From positions 214,133-278,132 of the forward strand of contig NMRA01000129.1 of assembly GCA_002633005.1 (NCBI GenBank): 64,000 nt of DNA. The letters are read 5' to 3'. Below, in pieces: positions 25,601 through 37,368 of the stretch. The notes under the pieces are model-generated. The model had not been told where the DNA came from and ran no database searches. It saw nothing but the letters and a program-made list of their open reading frames with translations. Within the stretch, counting starts at the first letter, position 1. Each line of letters starts with the position of its first letter. The translations under genes were made by a program, and so were the position numbers. Source of the stretch: Phoronis australis (taxonomy: Eukaryota > Animalia > Phoronida).

Positions 25601-28392
25601 AAGCATTGCGATTAATTTTCAAAACAATTAGTGCTGGTTTCCTTCTTAGTTTTCACCACAATTTTGTCAAATTTTGGCAAAGTCTGTTGCACAAAATAAA
25701 CAATAGACTGAGTCCAAATTTGATTAAAAAATTCATCCGCCCAAGGTCGCCACAACACTGCCGCCTCCAAATAAAATGTGATGCCTGACATCAACAGATG
25801 AAGCAGACATGCTTATCTTTACAAACACTTATGTAGCAGTTGAGGAAAAAGTTTGTTTTTCTTGTTATTAATTGGTGGTCATCAGAGGTTCATCCAATAC
25901 TTCAAAAAGAAGCTCATTTGAAATGGGTTTTCTGATTTCTGAGGGCATGCATGACCAATGACACCATACTGCGTTTTTAGGACCCCAAGTAAAATTGCAA
26001 TTATAGTGTGGTATATTTCTGTGGAGACCTGAGTTGGCAATGAAGATTATCGTATCTTGCATCTTATCTTAACTAACCTCTCTGTTCTGGACAGGCCAAT
26101 GAGTCCCCAAGACTGAGTCAGGGTGTCCGTGTGGCCGCCCTGTAGATTAAGGCTCACTGGGCATCGGAAAGAACTTTGTCACTTCTACACACTCTAAGGA
26201 CTCGCATTTACTTTCCCTTTGTGCCTGTTGCTACAAAAATTCTGCCATTATCGCGAAAAATGGGCTGCACGAATTTAAGTAGTGTAAGGATGTTGTTGTT
26301 TTTTTAGGGTAATGGTGGATGAACTGAGTGGTATGAAGGAGGTGTTACAGAAAACACTGGAGTCAAGTGAAGCTGCATTGATACAGATGATTGAAGAAAG
26401 GCATGAGGTGAACCGTATCATTGTGGAAACTTACGGGTATGTCGCTGCTCTCCTGGTGTTTTTGGAGTATGGTAAAATCATTATGATTTTGGACAAAAAT
26501 AACGGCAAAAAACTCTACCTTTGGAGGTTAAATTCACACTAAAATCGCTTTTGCGATGTATTAGCCAATTGCAGAGATGAAATAATTGGTACCTAGAACA
26601 AAAGACGAAAATTGTTTGGTGTCAATTTGCATTTTTACACACCTTGAAAAAGGGTTCTACTCTTAGACTAATAAATAATTAACGATTGTCCAAGAAATTG
26701 TTTTCCAACTGTTCGATGGAAAGTTGTTTTCCTCATTAAAACTATTTTATTCTAAACATAAATAGCTGGATTATAAATTCAGGCACTCAGGTCAACAAAT
26801 CAAAACGGATGCTGACCGCAGCGTTCGAAATGCAGGCTGTCCCAGTGGCCCAGGGCCAGTGGATTTGCTGCCGGACCAGTGGATTTGCTGCCTGGCCAGT
26901 AAACTTTCACATGTTAAATAGCAGAATATTTTAAGTTTTATTTAAATAGGAAAGACACCTGCCTTAATTTCTGCAAATGTCTGGCAGACAATGGTGAGAA
27001 TTGGTGATTTGTAATGTGATCACTGGATACAGTAATTTGTTTTATTGGTCTGGCCTAAATTGATAATGTCAACAAGCATTTTTTGTACATAAAACCGATA
27101 ATGGCTCTTTAATGAAAAATGGTATAAAGTCAAAAGTCTATTTTCAGAAAATATGTACTACTTTTACTTGTAGCTAATTTCTTTAGTTTTCTAGATATTT
27201 GGCACAACACAAGGACTTGTCAATAAGGTCCTGCATAACCTTAGTAGTTACGTACTACGTTCTTTAGTCTTTGATTTTCCAGTTATCTCAACCACATGCG
27301 TGAAGCCTTTGAGCCTGCTAACGCCACCTGTCCCATGCCTACAATCTCGTGCAATACTCTGATGTTAGCCGACTTGTGTAAAAACCAGGCTGAAAATATA
27401 CACGTTAGACTGCTGCCTGGTGGGAAGTCGTCTCTGCCACACTATAGCAGATTTATCAAGTTCCAACCAAGTCAAGGAGAGACTATGGCACTTAAGGTAA
27501 ACCCCATTTACCTATTTACAGCACAGTAAAGCTTCCAAGAGAAACTGTTAGCCAGTCTGTAACAGACATCCCGTAATTCCAAAAATTTACCATGCAACTC
27601 TTTGGCGTTGTGAGAGCATAAAGTCAACTGTCACATGACCCGATTTCAAATTCTTGGTAGCAAAACGAGCAGATTTGGCAGCGACAAAATACAATTAATT
27701 TCTTTCATTCACGCACATTGTGAGACCATGGATGTATGTGACAGCGTGAACAATTTGAATACATGTTAGTAGGGGTAGGGTCTTTTGGGTGAACCAACTT
27801 TTCCCAAATGGTCCTGATCGTTTTGAAGAATGTTTTTACACCATGTGATCTGAAGGTGCGTGACAGTTGTTCTGAAAGATTCTTGATGTAGGGATTGGAT
27901 ATGTATGGTTGTCTGAACACATACCTGTCTGTGTCCTGATCACGCTTGTGATGCAAAATGTCATATAACTGGAGTGAGATTGGCTCTGTCCTTTCTGCCA
28001 CAAAGTATTGAAGTGAATGTACTCAGTGTCTCAACAATGAACTATTGCATGGTGTCTTGATGACACATGCCGTACTTTAACAGTTGATTGGTTGCCAAAC
28101 TTGCCTTTGAAAGAAAAATGGTGTTCGGGGATGCTTTATTTTGTATTGTTTTGAGTAGTGCTGTTATTATTATTTTTACTATTACTATTGGTATCTCTGT
28201 GTTCTAAATGTCGACCTGTTATTCCAGATGGTCACTAAGCCAGGTGTGGTAACTGGCAATACTCACCCACCTGTCGGAAACATGCAGGTACCCTGTGTTG
28301 AGTCCATACCTCGATTTCATCCGTTGACGCGATATGAGAACTTTACGATTTCTGGTTGCTCCAACTGCCAAGGAGAGGTCTTTGTTGTGTGA
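22607..28392 (+). CDS. BLZF1: Golgin-45 (basic leucine zipper nuclear factor 1), 6 coding exons, 444 aa
   Basis: Exons 22607-23233, 23514-23590 (VNAELKKMLVASMGDDLEYRMERLL), 25368-25490 (LDKVSIQADMWRSKYLAS), 26308-26436 (VMVDELS...), 27283-27496, 28228-28392 (RFHPLTRYENFTISGCSNCQGEVFVV*). These match golgin-45 motifs recalled from the human protein (VNRELKKLLVASVGDDLQY; IQCDVWRSKFLASRVMADEL; RFHPYTRYENITFNCCNHCRGELIAL). All junctions are GT-AG and in frame. In-frame TGA at 22592 lies upstream of the ATG; acceptor at 22573-22574. Confidence 0.94.
23581..23806 (+). repeat. 36-bp minisatellite, ~6 copies, at the BLZF1 exon/intron boundary
   Basis: Unit GTAAGC[AT]ACACCAAACAGAAGGTATGG[AC]TTGCTTAG; the first unit is 30 bp. 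Confidence 0.95.
27760..27925 (-). mobile_element. Penelope-like retroelement fragment in BLZF1 intron 5
   Basis: Translation PYIKNLSEQLSRTFRSHGVKTFFKTIRTIWEKLVHPKDPTP resembles the linker between RT and the GIY-YIG endonuclease of Penelope-like elements (PY...SE...F...L.HPKD). Confidence 0.75.
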
Positions 28393-29374
28393 GGGGCTCG
28401 CAATATAAGATATTACGTAGTTTACTAGTTCCTATTTTTGTTTAACACTATCAGTTTACATTGACTTTCTTAAAACTATCTTTTCTCGCGCTCATGTTAT
28501 GGGTGGTATGTTTATATCAGAAAGGTGGTTTTTGTTTTGAGACACCTTCATTGTTAATCTTTTTATGTGAACCCATGGAGCAGTACCTTAGCAGAGACTA
28601 GATGACTCTGATCTATTCTGACACATGATTAGTCATGGAGATGATGTCGAGTAACTTAGCAACAAAGGCAGGCCCTCCCAACAATTTCAAGGGCACAGAT
28701 TAGTCCTCTGGTCGCAATAATTCTCTTATACTTATAATTCCATGTTGATGTCTGCTGGTCAGGTAATGGCAGCATATTTATAGTCTTGCTGTCCGAGTAT
28801 CATCTCGTCATGTGACTTTTCAAATAAGGAAATCAATACAGTCGGGAACTTGACTGTATTTTAGGCTTGTACGAAACCGACTGCATGCTGGAGGCTGGAA
28901 TTAGGCTGGTGAAGCTTTCTTGTCTATGCAATGAAGTGTGAGAAATGGGCATTACTTTGAAACTACCAATGAATATGCTATATTTTCCTATATTACAAAT
29001 GTTCAGTTGACTGATATTATTTTTTTTGGGAGTCGTTGGCAACTTCGTACTTTTGTAACATTTCACTTTTTCTTGGAATAAAACAACACAATTATGAATT
29101 GAAAGTCATAGAGAGACCATGTTTCAGGTTTTTCTGTGTAATCTGTTGATCTGTTAAATGTTCAAAAGGAAAACAATTTTGTGTTCTCACACTTTTTGTA
29201 CAATGTTTCGTCTGTGTCCTTTCTCAAATTAGAACGAAATGAGAACCATTTATTGCTGTGACCCAACTGTTATGCTCTCCAAATATCTCCTTACAAACTA
29301 TAACTGAAATGATGCTTGACAATGTGTGGTTCTTGTGTGTTATACAAATAACGGGATGTGCAATGACACTTATT

Positions 29375-30290
29375 TCTTGTCGTGTGCCCCACATTTATAT
29401 TATGTGATTTCACATTGTTGTCATCCTGTCTCAGTATCACTCTACATCTCAAAACTCCCAGGTCAGATCTTTATGAAATTTGAGACAAGGGTGTAGGGCA
29501 TGAATAGCGCAGTGCATGCCAGGGCCAAAGGGGCAGGGCTTTTCAATTGAATGTTTTTAGGGAAGAGTGTTTACAGAATCACTGGAGTACTCTCTAGTCG
29601 CTTATTTGATCTCAACAAGGGACTTTTTACTATTTTTGAAAGAGGAACATTTCCAGAAGATATGACCAATTAATGGATTTCAATGAAGCTTGATACAGGG
29701 ATATCTGATAGCAATGTACCTGCACTAGTTACTTTCTTGGGCAGATTTGACCACTGGGGCATTTTGTCCGATTGTCTGGTTGCCACTGAATAGTTCAAAA
29801 TCTCTGGTCGTGTTTTGAAGAAATTTGTCATATCTAGGGTGGTGTATGCCATTTTTGTGAGAAAAGTGTTTCTGTATCTGTAGAGAACTGACTGGCCGAT
29901 TTCAATGAAACTTGATGCAGATGTGTGTGCATGATGGCAATGCATCGCCAGCAATCAATTTTCTAGTGATTTTGACCACTGCAACACCCTACAATGGCCA
30001 TATTGTGGTCTTGACAAAGGGCTTTTTCAGTGCTTTTGAGTGGGTAGAGATTTTGTGGATTATATCTACAAAATGGGGTTGACGAATTACAATGAAGCTT
30101 GACACATAAGTATGTGACGCAATTGTTCTGGTACCAGTCGACTTGAGGGTTGATTTGACTACTGCAGCATTCCCTAGGGGTCGCTCTATTTTGGAGATGA
30201 AGGCAGCTACCAGTTTGAGCAGATTCTAACAAAAACTGTGTCTCCTATGTCAGTTAATGTCTATCTTTGTGTCCACCAAACCTCATGATT
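29375..30290 (+). mobile_element. Degenerate HINE-like element
   Basis: 5' end TGCCCCACATTTATATTATGTG resembles 62496-62518. Recurrent GATTTCAATGAA.CTTGA motif at ~29468, ~29677, ~29898, ~30085. Confidence 0.5.
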
Positions 30291-33200
30291 GTTCTTATGA
30301 AAGATGTACACTAGTCCGACTATTGCAGCTACCACCCTGTGGTCAATTTGTTGTCTCCTTGTACTTTAGAAGCTGATAAGCACCCCTAGAAGTATAGTGT
30401 TTGCAATGTACCATGGGAGCATATTGCCCCTTTGCATTGTTCTGTTTTACATGTACACCTGAGGCTGAAACATCAAATTTAATATTGTGCATTGGAATAC
30501 AATATAGGAAAAATGTAGTTAAAAAGATTTGCTTTGATAATAATGTACGGTACAAGGCAGAAGTAATTAGTGATGGACAAAATGCTGTTTTCCATCTTGA
30601 CGGAAAATTTTGTGAACAGCAAAGTGGCAGGTAATAACTATTATATGGGCACAGTTCTAATTGCAGAAAGGCTTGGCCACCTGTTAAGTTTTCTTTTAAT
30701 CACCCTTCATTCTCTGTCATGAGAGAAGACTACTCGACTGTCTGTGAAATCAGCTTCCGTCCAACTGTCATGACGGGGAATACCAGTCATTTTGTCTGTA
30801 CTTAATGATAGGCGATAGGAATTGATTTATAAAGTAAATTGTGTGATGTTTAAGTACACCTGTGGTTTCATGAAGAGTGGCTTAAGAAATGTGGTCTTAG
30901 CTCCGAACAGCTATTTCTGAAAAATAATCAAACCTCACTTGAGCAAAAGTGCATAGTCGCTGACCATATGCACACAACTGCTAGTTACTGAGATTATTTC
31001 TGTAAAGTATTTCTAGACTGTGATGCGCTCATTACGTGGCTAAATAGTTTTTCAGCAATTGTGAAGTGGGAACATCAGACCGAATTCCGGTCTTAAGTCT
31101 TAAGTCTGTTTCATAAGACACGCCCCATATTGCTGCAAATTTTACTTCAATGACGATCTGTTGCTCTAGTCGTAGGAACTGGTTCCTAGTGTAGTCTGTC
31201 ATAAATCGTCATGGTTACTTAGCAATGTGTTTGCAATAGTTTTTGGAAGTTGGAACAGAGGCTTAGCAAATTTGTTTTTGAAATATATACAAATTTAGAT
31301 TTATAAGCGACACAATTATCACCAGGAGACGAGTTGGTGTGGTAAAGACTGTGTTTTCGTTATTAACTATCGCCACGTTGTTAGATGAGACATTTAAAGA
31401 TACTGTAATCCCGATTCTGTTAAAGATAAAACGACCATTTACCACTTCAAAATCGATGTCAAATTGTTCTTTACTGGGATGAGTGATTAGTAATTTCTGT
31501 GTTTGCATAGACCATGCTGAGGGCATGAAATGGCAAACCGTAACAAGCTAACTTGCAGAATGGACCCTGGGTTACTGTATAACCAATAGCGAACTGAAAG
31601 ACAACGTTCTTTCCAGGCCCTGAATTTAATAACTTTAAGTTCGTCTAAGGTCTTAACCAAATGTTTTTTTTTGTGATGGAAGACGAATATATTGCCACCT
31701 ACATGTACACTGAAATTCTCTCAATCTGACGTAAATTGATATTTAATTGTTTTGGGATACCAAAAGCGTAATCAAAATCAGTGCAGTCTAATCAACACTT
31801 CCGGTGGGAGAAAAGGTTTGACAATCCGACTTTACTGATTGGGTTGTGTAAAGCTTTAACTATGTTTAACAAAATGTTTCTACAGGGATTGTTTCAGATG
31901 TTGTTCTTTCGAAATGTCCTCTGGTTGATTGACGGTGTAATATTTTTTTAACTATTGGACGAACGTTATAAGCTATATAAACTACGACGGATGTCGGATA
32001 TAAGCCCCAGTTTTGTTTCCATTAAAATGAATTTTCCAATAAGCCTCGACCTACTGTGATCATCATCGGCAATTTCTCTTTGCTTCGGGCATTATCTAAC
32101 CGGGTTTATGCGGGGGACAAAGCTAGCGGGTAAGGACTTGAAAGAGGCGATTTCCTCTTTTTTGGTTCCGATTTCCTTTTTTTAATTTCCAGTTACGTCT
32201 TTTTTTCAGTTCTTTTTTGTCATTATTTTGACTTTATTCATGCAAAAACGTTTCTTTTATTAAAACTTTATAACACAAAAATTATTTCTATCACACAAGC
32301 CTGTTTATTTATGGAATGATACATCACCTGGACACCGATTTTATTCCTCTTTTTTGTCATTGGTCATTACCAGCCCTGATTAACTTAAACTGCTATAAAA
32401 AGCAGCAAAGCATTATAATTGTTTTGCAGAATATGACTTTATCTTCACATGACACGAAATAGTCATTTACTATGAATATCCATTTGAATCGACTCGTTAT
32501 GCGGTAAATCGGGATAATTCATTTGCATATCTTTGGTGTTGCTCTAACTCAACGGTTAAGGTGAAGATAGTTGAGCGCGGACTGCTTTCCCTGTCACCCA
32601 AGCAGCTGAAGTCAATTTACTTTTGACGTGCTTTGTGAACCGATCGAACACCCATTCCGGTTACTTTTTATGTTCTACATATTTATGGAATCATTAGTTC
32701 TTGAAAATGTGTAGTTTTTAACTTTTTCAAAAATCAGTTTTGTACTTTTTTGATAAGCGGGTTTGTTTATTGCATTTTATGATCCTGTTTGCAACGCTCT
32801 GTTAAGATTGTTCGTGGTTAATCGCTGACGAAATTAGACGCATCCGGCTTACCTGTAACATTGACCATAATCGTGGCCGGGTATCTATACCTCACGTGAA
32901 GTTGATGGCAGCACAATGTAACACGCTGACTTCTGTCTGGAGGCAATGTTTGGAGGGCATAAGTGGAGCTACGAGTCCAAACTGATATTTATGAGCTTGT
33001 GGCTGTTCGAGACAGGAAAGTGCTTGTTTACTTATTCATCCCTGTCACCTCTATGAACATGTTGAGTGCTGGTTTCAACATTTTAATGTTGAATATCATT
33101 CTGTCAAATTATACCGAGTTCAACATCTATACACATTTATTCATTTTTTGGTTTCCTAAGTTAATTTAATATTTTATATTAGAAAAAATGGGCTGAAAAT

Positions 33201-34907
33201 TAGTTAATGTTATTTTCGTTTTACACTAAACTTCGTCCCTTTTCAGGGACCTGAAATGAGTCGTTTTTTCCTTAGGCAAAACGCCAAAAGTTGCTTAAGA
33301 TGTGTTGAAATACTTTAACATCCGGTTGTGTTCTGCGTGTACTCACGTTAAACAGGCATGGATCTCGAAAGCTCGTCAAAATATCTTTTAAAAAATTCCT
33401 GACGAAAGTACCACCTCGCAACGTCTAGTACGGAGTAATTAACTTACCCTGTGAAGAAATTTCCAGAAAAAATCACAAAATTCACGATTATGGAAATATG
33501 CGCTTAGGAAAAACTCTGGTTACCACAGACTTTCTAATCTCCCTCCCACTAATGATAAATGCGCGCATGTGCTCAGTCAGTTGCTTGACGTCGCTTGAGG
33601 TCAAAGGTCACATTTTCCACATAAGGGAAATGTGCTTAATGCCTATGTCTTGTCATAGCGGCCTTGTGAGAGAAAAATCGACGAAGTGGCGAGCGCTCAG
33701 TTGAATGATCGTTTTTCTTTTGAAATTTGAAACGAAAAGAAAATGCTTTTGATATCAACAGAAATTAAAAATCTTTAGGAACAAACCCTAAAAATTCCTG
33801 GTTAGCAGCGGTTTGAATTCTGTTTCATTGGCAGAGAACCTCTCAGTATTGCAATTTAGTCTTGTTTATTGCGTTCCAGGCCTCATTAAGGAAAATCGTA
33901 TTTTATCAAAAGGTCTTCAATAAAAAACATTTTATTTTTAATTTTGGATTTTGTGTTGAAAGGCATAAATAAGTTTTGTTTAAAAATAGTTCAAGAATTT
34001 CGTAACTAAAATGAAACAAACTGTGATTGGCTTGATGAGGTATCCCAGCCGAAAAGCATTAGCTTCCGAACAAGACGATGACTCCATTTTAAACTCCTCA
34101 CCTACCCTCCATTTTACCCTGCAGTGCTACCCTCTCTTTTACCCTCCACTGTTACTCTCCATTTTCCGCACCGCAGCGCAACCCTCCTTTTTTACCCTGC
34201 AGTGCTGCCCTCTATTTTACCCTCCAAACCTCCAGATATTTCGTCCACTGATTGTGTCCAGACGTTGCTTCCATCGGGTCAGCACTTTACACTGCCATGT
34301 ATTAGCCAGCGTGAATAAGAAATTTATGAAATCACTACACAGATATTGAGAATTTGTTGTAGAAATTTAAGCTGAGTAAGTGTTTAATAGTAGCTGTTTA
34401 AAAACTGAGGATTTTTGTCATCATAGAAAGTAATTATCTTGTCATCGAGAATGTGAAACTGAATCCCAAACTTACATCAAATAATTGATTATAGTTATTA
34501 AGATATAATTAATCTGTGATTTTAGTTAGTAGTTTACCACGCTCAAGTTCATTAATTTATTTTTAGCTGAGAATTCGTGACTTGCGTCATACGTATGTAC
34601 AGTAATTAACTTCATCGCTTTGTATTATATAAATATGCATGTTGCCGGGCGAGAGTAAAAATCTCAACAACCATGTAACAGTTCCGTAGGTTCCGTCGGC
34701 ATCCAAGTAAACATTTTAATCAAAATCGATGTTGGGTAAACTGCAATATTTTCTCAGCATCCCCAAAAGTCTTAAAACATAGCCGTGTGATAGCACGAAT
34801 GTTGGTTACAAATTTAAAAGATAGTCGTAATTTTCAATATACGCAAGTTTACGCCTAACAAGTGCCAACACCGCACGTTTTGAAGCGGAAGTTTGCATGA
34901 AAACTTA

Positions 34908-35106
34908 ATTTGTCAGAGCACTTATGTGAAAAGTATCGTTCAAGGACAAAATTCTGTTTGTCAGAGCACGTATGTAAAATGGTAGCGGTCAAAGCCGACA
35001 ATCTCAGTTTGTCAGAGCAGTTATGTAAAAGGTATCGGTCAAGGCCGACAATCACAGTTTGTCAGAGCACGTATATAAAAGGTGTTGTTCAAGGCCGACA
35101 ATCTCA
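34908..35106 (+). repeat. ~50-bp tandem repeat, 4 copies, upstream of the GPCR
   Basis: TGTCAGAGCA starts at 34911, 34959, 35010 and 35060. Confidence 0.9.
35072..35081 (+). promoter_or_regulatory. Candidate TATA box of the GPCR gene
   Basis: TATATAAAAG about 50 nt upstream of ATG 35131, with a TCA initiator-like motif ~30 nt downstream. Confidence 0.45.
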
Positions 35107-35130
35107 AACCTTCATCAACAAGCAGACGAC

Positions 35131-36114
35131 ATGTCAAATAACACTGCGGCCGTCATCGAAGAAGAGTTTTATAACGGATCTTTCGCCAATGACTCTGACG
35201 CTAACATTCCAAGAGCAGTACTAATTGTTCATATTTGCTTCGAAATTCTGCTTTTCTTCCCTACACTTTTCGGGAACGCATTGGTTTTGATTGCATACTG
35301 CAAGTTCTATATGATTAAGGACGAAATCAGTAACATATTTATCGCCAGTCTTGCCGCTACAGATTTCGCGAATGCTTTTACAATTCCGTTAAACATGGCA
35401 AAAAGATATCTGGCGCCGTTATTTGGTAGCCTAGCATTTGGTAACATCCCTGCGGTATGTTACTTAGCGCTGTTCATGCAAATATGGTCCACGGGTGCCT
35501 CCGTCACTAGCTTACTGGCCATTGCCGTCGATCGAACTGTGGCCATTGGCAATCCGCTACGTTATCAGACTGTTATGTCTCGAAGATTTTGTTGGATCCT
35601 GATATGCTTTTCTCATTTATTTCCGTTGACGATGACTGCTTTGGCGATACTCTTATCGAAACTCATAGCCAATCACGAATTCAAAGCTGGTCAACTGTGT
35701 GTGGCGGAAACGGTATTTCACCCGAGAATAGGAGCAATCTGCTACGCCATTTCTTTTTACATACCGCTGGTTCTAATGTACGGGATGCATATTTTCTCCG
35801 TTTTTGTTGCCTGGAAACAAAAGCGAAAGATTGCCGCACAAGGTCTTCAAGCTGACGAGAATCGAGCACGACAGTTCAAGATCTTGCGAACCACTTCACG
35901 TATTATCGGCGTGTTTTCTCTTTGCTTTTTCCCCATGGCTGTAATCAAACCTTTTTTTCAAGCGTTTCCAACCTCCCCCTGGTGGCATCGTACTCTGAAC
36001 AATTTATTCATCGACTTGGTGTTCCTCAATAGCGCGCTTAACCCCGTTCTGTACGCTGTTTACGCGAAGAACTTCAAGAAAGCGTTTACAAAGATCCTGA
36101 AATGCAGCAATTAA
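35131..36114 (+). CDS. Intronless class A (rhodopsin-like) GPCR, orphan / adenosine-receptor-like, 327 aa
   Basis: Single ORF with seven hydrophobic segments and family motifs: TM1 GN, TM2 SLAATD, TM3 C...SLLAIAVDRT, ICL2 PLRY, TM5 FYIP, TM6 CFFP, TM7 NSALNPVLY, helix 8 FKKAF. N-terminal sequons NNT, NGS, NDS. First ATG at 35131 (the track ORF starts at a TTG at 35059). Confidence 0.93.
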   Translation: MSNNTAAVIEEEFYNGSFANDSDANIPRAVLIVHICFEILLFFPTLFGNALVLIAYCKFYMIKDEISNIFIASLAATDFANAFTIPLNMAKRYLAPLFGSLAFGNIPAVCYLALFMQIWSTGASVTSLLAIAVDRTVAIGNPLRYQTVMSRRFCWILICFSHLFPLTMTALAILLSKLIANHEFKAGQLCVAETVFHPRIGAICYAISFYIPLVLMYGMHIFSVFVAWKQKRKIAAQGLQADENRARQFKILRTTSRIIGVFSLCFFPMAVIKPFFQAFPTSPWWHRTLNNLFIDLVFLNSALNPVLYAVYAKNFKKAFTKILKCSN

Positions 36115-37208
36115 ATCTAGATTGGTGCTGAGAGAGAAGATGAACATCACTTTGTAAGTCAACTACTTTCGTTGATCATTGTTTACATGTATGTACAGAG
36201 AAGGTGCGTACATTGTACGTATGCGTCATTAGTGATCAAGGAAAATAAGACATTTTAGCTTATTCGGTTCTCAACCTTGATTTATATATCTTTCAATGTC
36301 CGCTTAGATAAAGCAATATTTTTATGACTTAGAAAGCAAATGGGTCTACTTGTTAGACGTTTTCGGAACCCTTACGTAAGATAACAATCCATAGTCTACG
36401 GTTTTATGACAGTTGTTAAGTGTTGTTCTTATGTGCGTTTAGCTTCATACGCCAGTGGTGATATTCGATATTATTTGCAATCAAAATATACTATGATCCC
36501 AATTTTTACTCATTCAAGTGTTTCACAGGCCCACGTAACTAAGTGTGACTTACAAGTGCAGGCGTCTTTTTCTGAGTGTCCAGTCGTCCATCTGAATTAA
36601 GCTTCTTATCGATCTAGCTCCAGTAATTGCGATCGGATTTTTATGAAATTCAACTACCGGTATATTACCAATATATATAGATCAGTCCCTATCCAAATTT
36701 CAACATTTTCTGTCAAAAATAAGCCCTTTCTTAGCTTTTTTGCCTTCAAGCTTGCCGTCGCTCTAGCTCCAGAAATTTTGATGGGATTTTTCAAATTTGG
36801 TTGTATATAGATAGCTTGGGGCGTTTCAAACCACAGTATTTTCAACTAAAATACCGTTCAGTCCTTTATCACCTTTCTGTTATCTTTTTCTGCGGTGTTG
36901 TTTAATCAGTACTTGTTATATTAATTAGCTATTCAATTGTAGGCTACAGTGACTTCTATATAAACTAATGTTAAACTGTCTGTCCATTCAAATTTCTTTT
37001 TTTTTTAGTTAAATGGTTAAATGAGTATCTGCATAACTAATTTACTTTCCCTAAGGTAATTTCTGTGCAGGCAGTATTTTCCTGTACCAATTGTTAAAAT
37101 GTGTTTGTAGAAATCAAGCATGATTACTGCTTAGTGTTATTGTGTAATGAATGTTTTACAGTGTTACTGTTGTCAAGGAAATGTTTGCTTACTACGTCTG
37201 TCATACAT

Positions 37209-37368
37209 CAGTGGCGGATTTAGAGGGGGGCCAAGGGGACCATGGCCCCCCTAATATTCTCCCAGATTACATTTGGAAGTTCGGGGGTGCGAATGTCTGA
37301 CGTGTAAAATCCTGGCTAATACTCTGCCCCGCCCCCCTCCCCAACTCAAAATCTTGGATCCGCCCCTG
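37209..37368. mobile_element. MITE with 5-bp TSD (hAT5-like)
   Basis: TIR CAGTGGCGGAT / ATCCGCCCCTG; flanks TACAT / TACAC. A related right end (CTAGATCCGCCACTG) occurs at 39601-39615. Confidence 0.75.
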
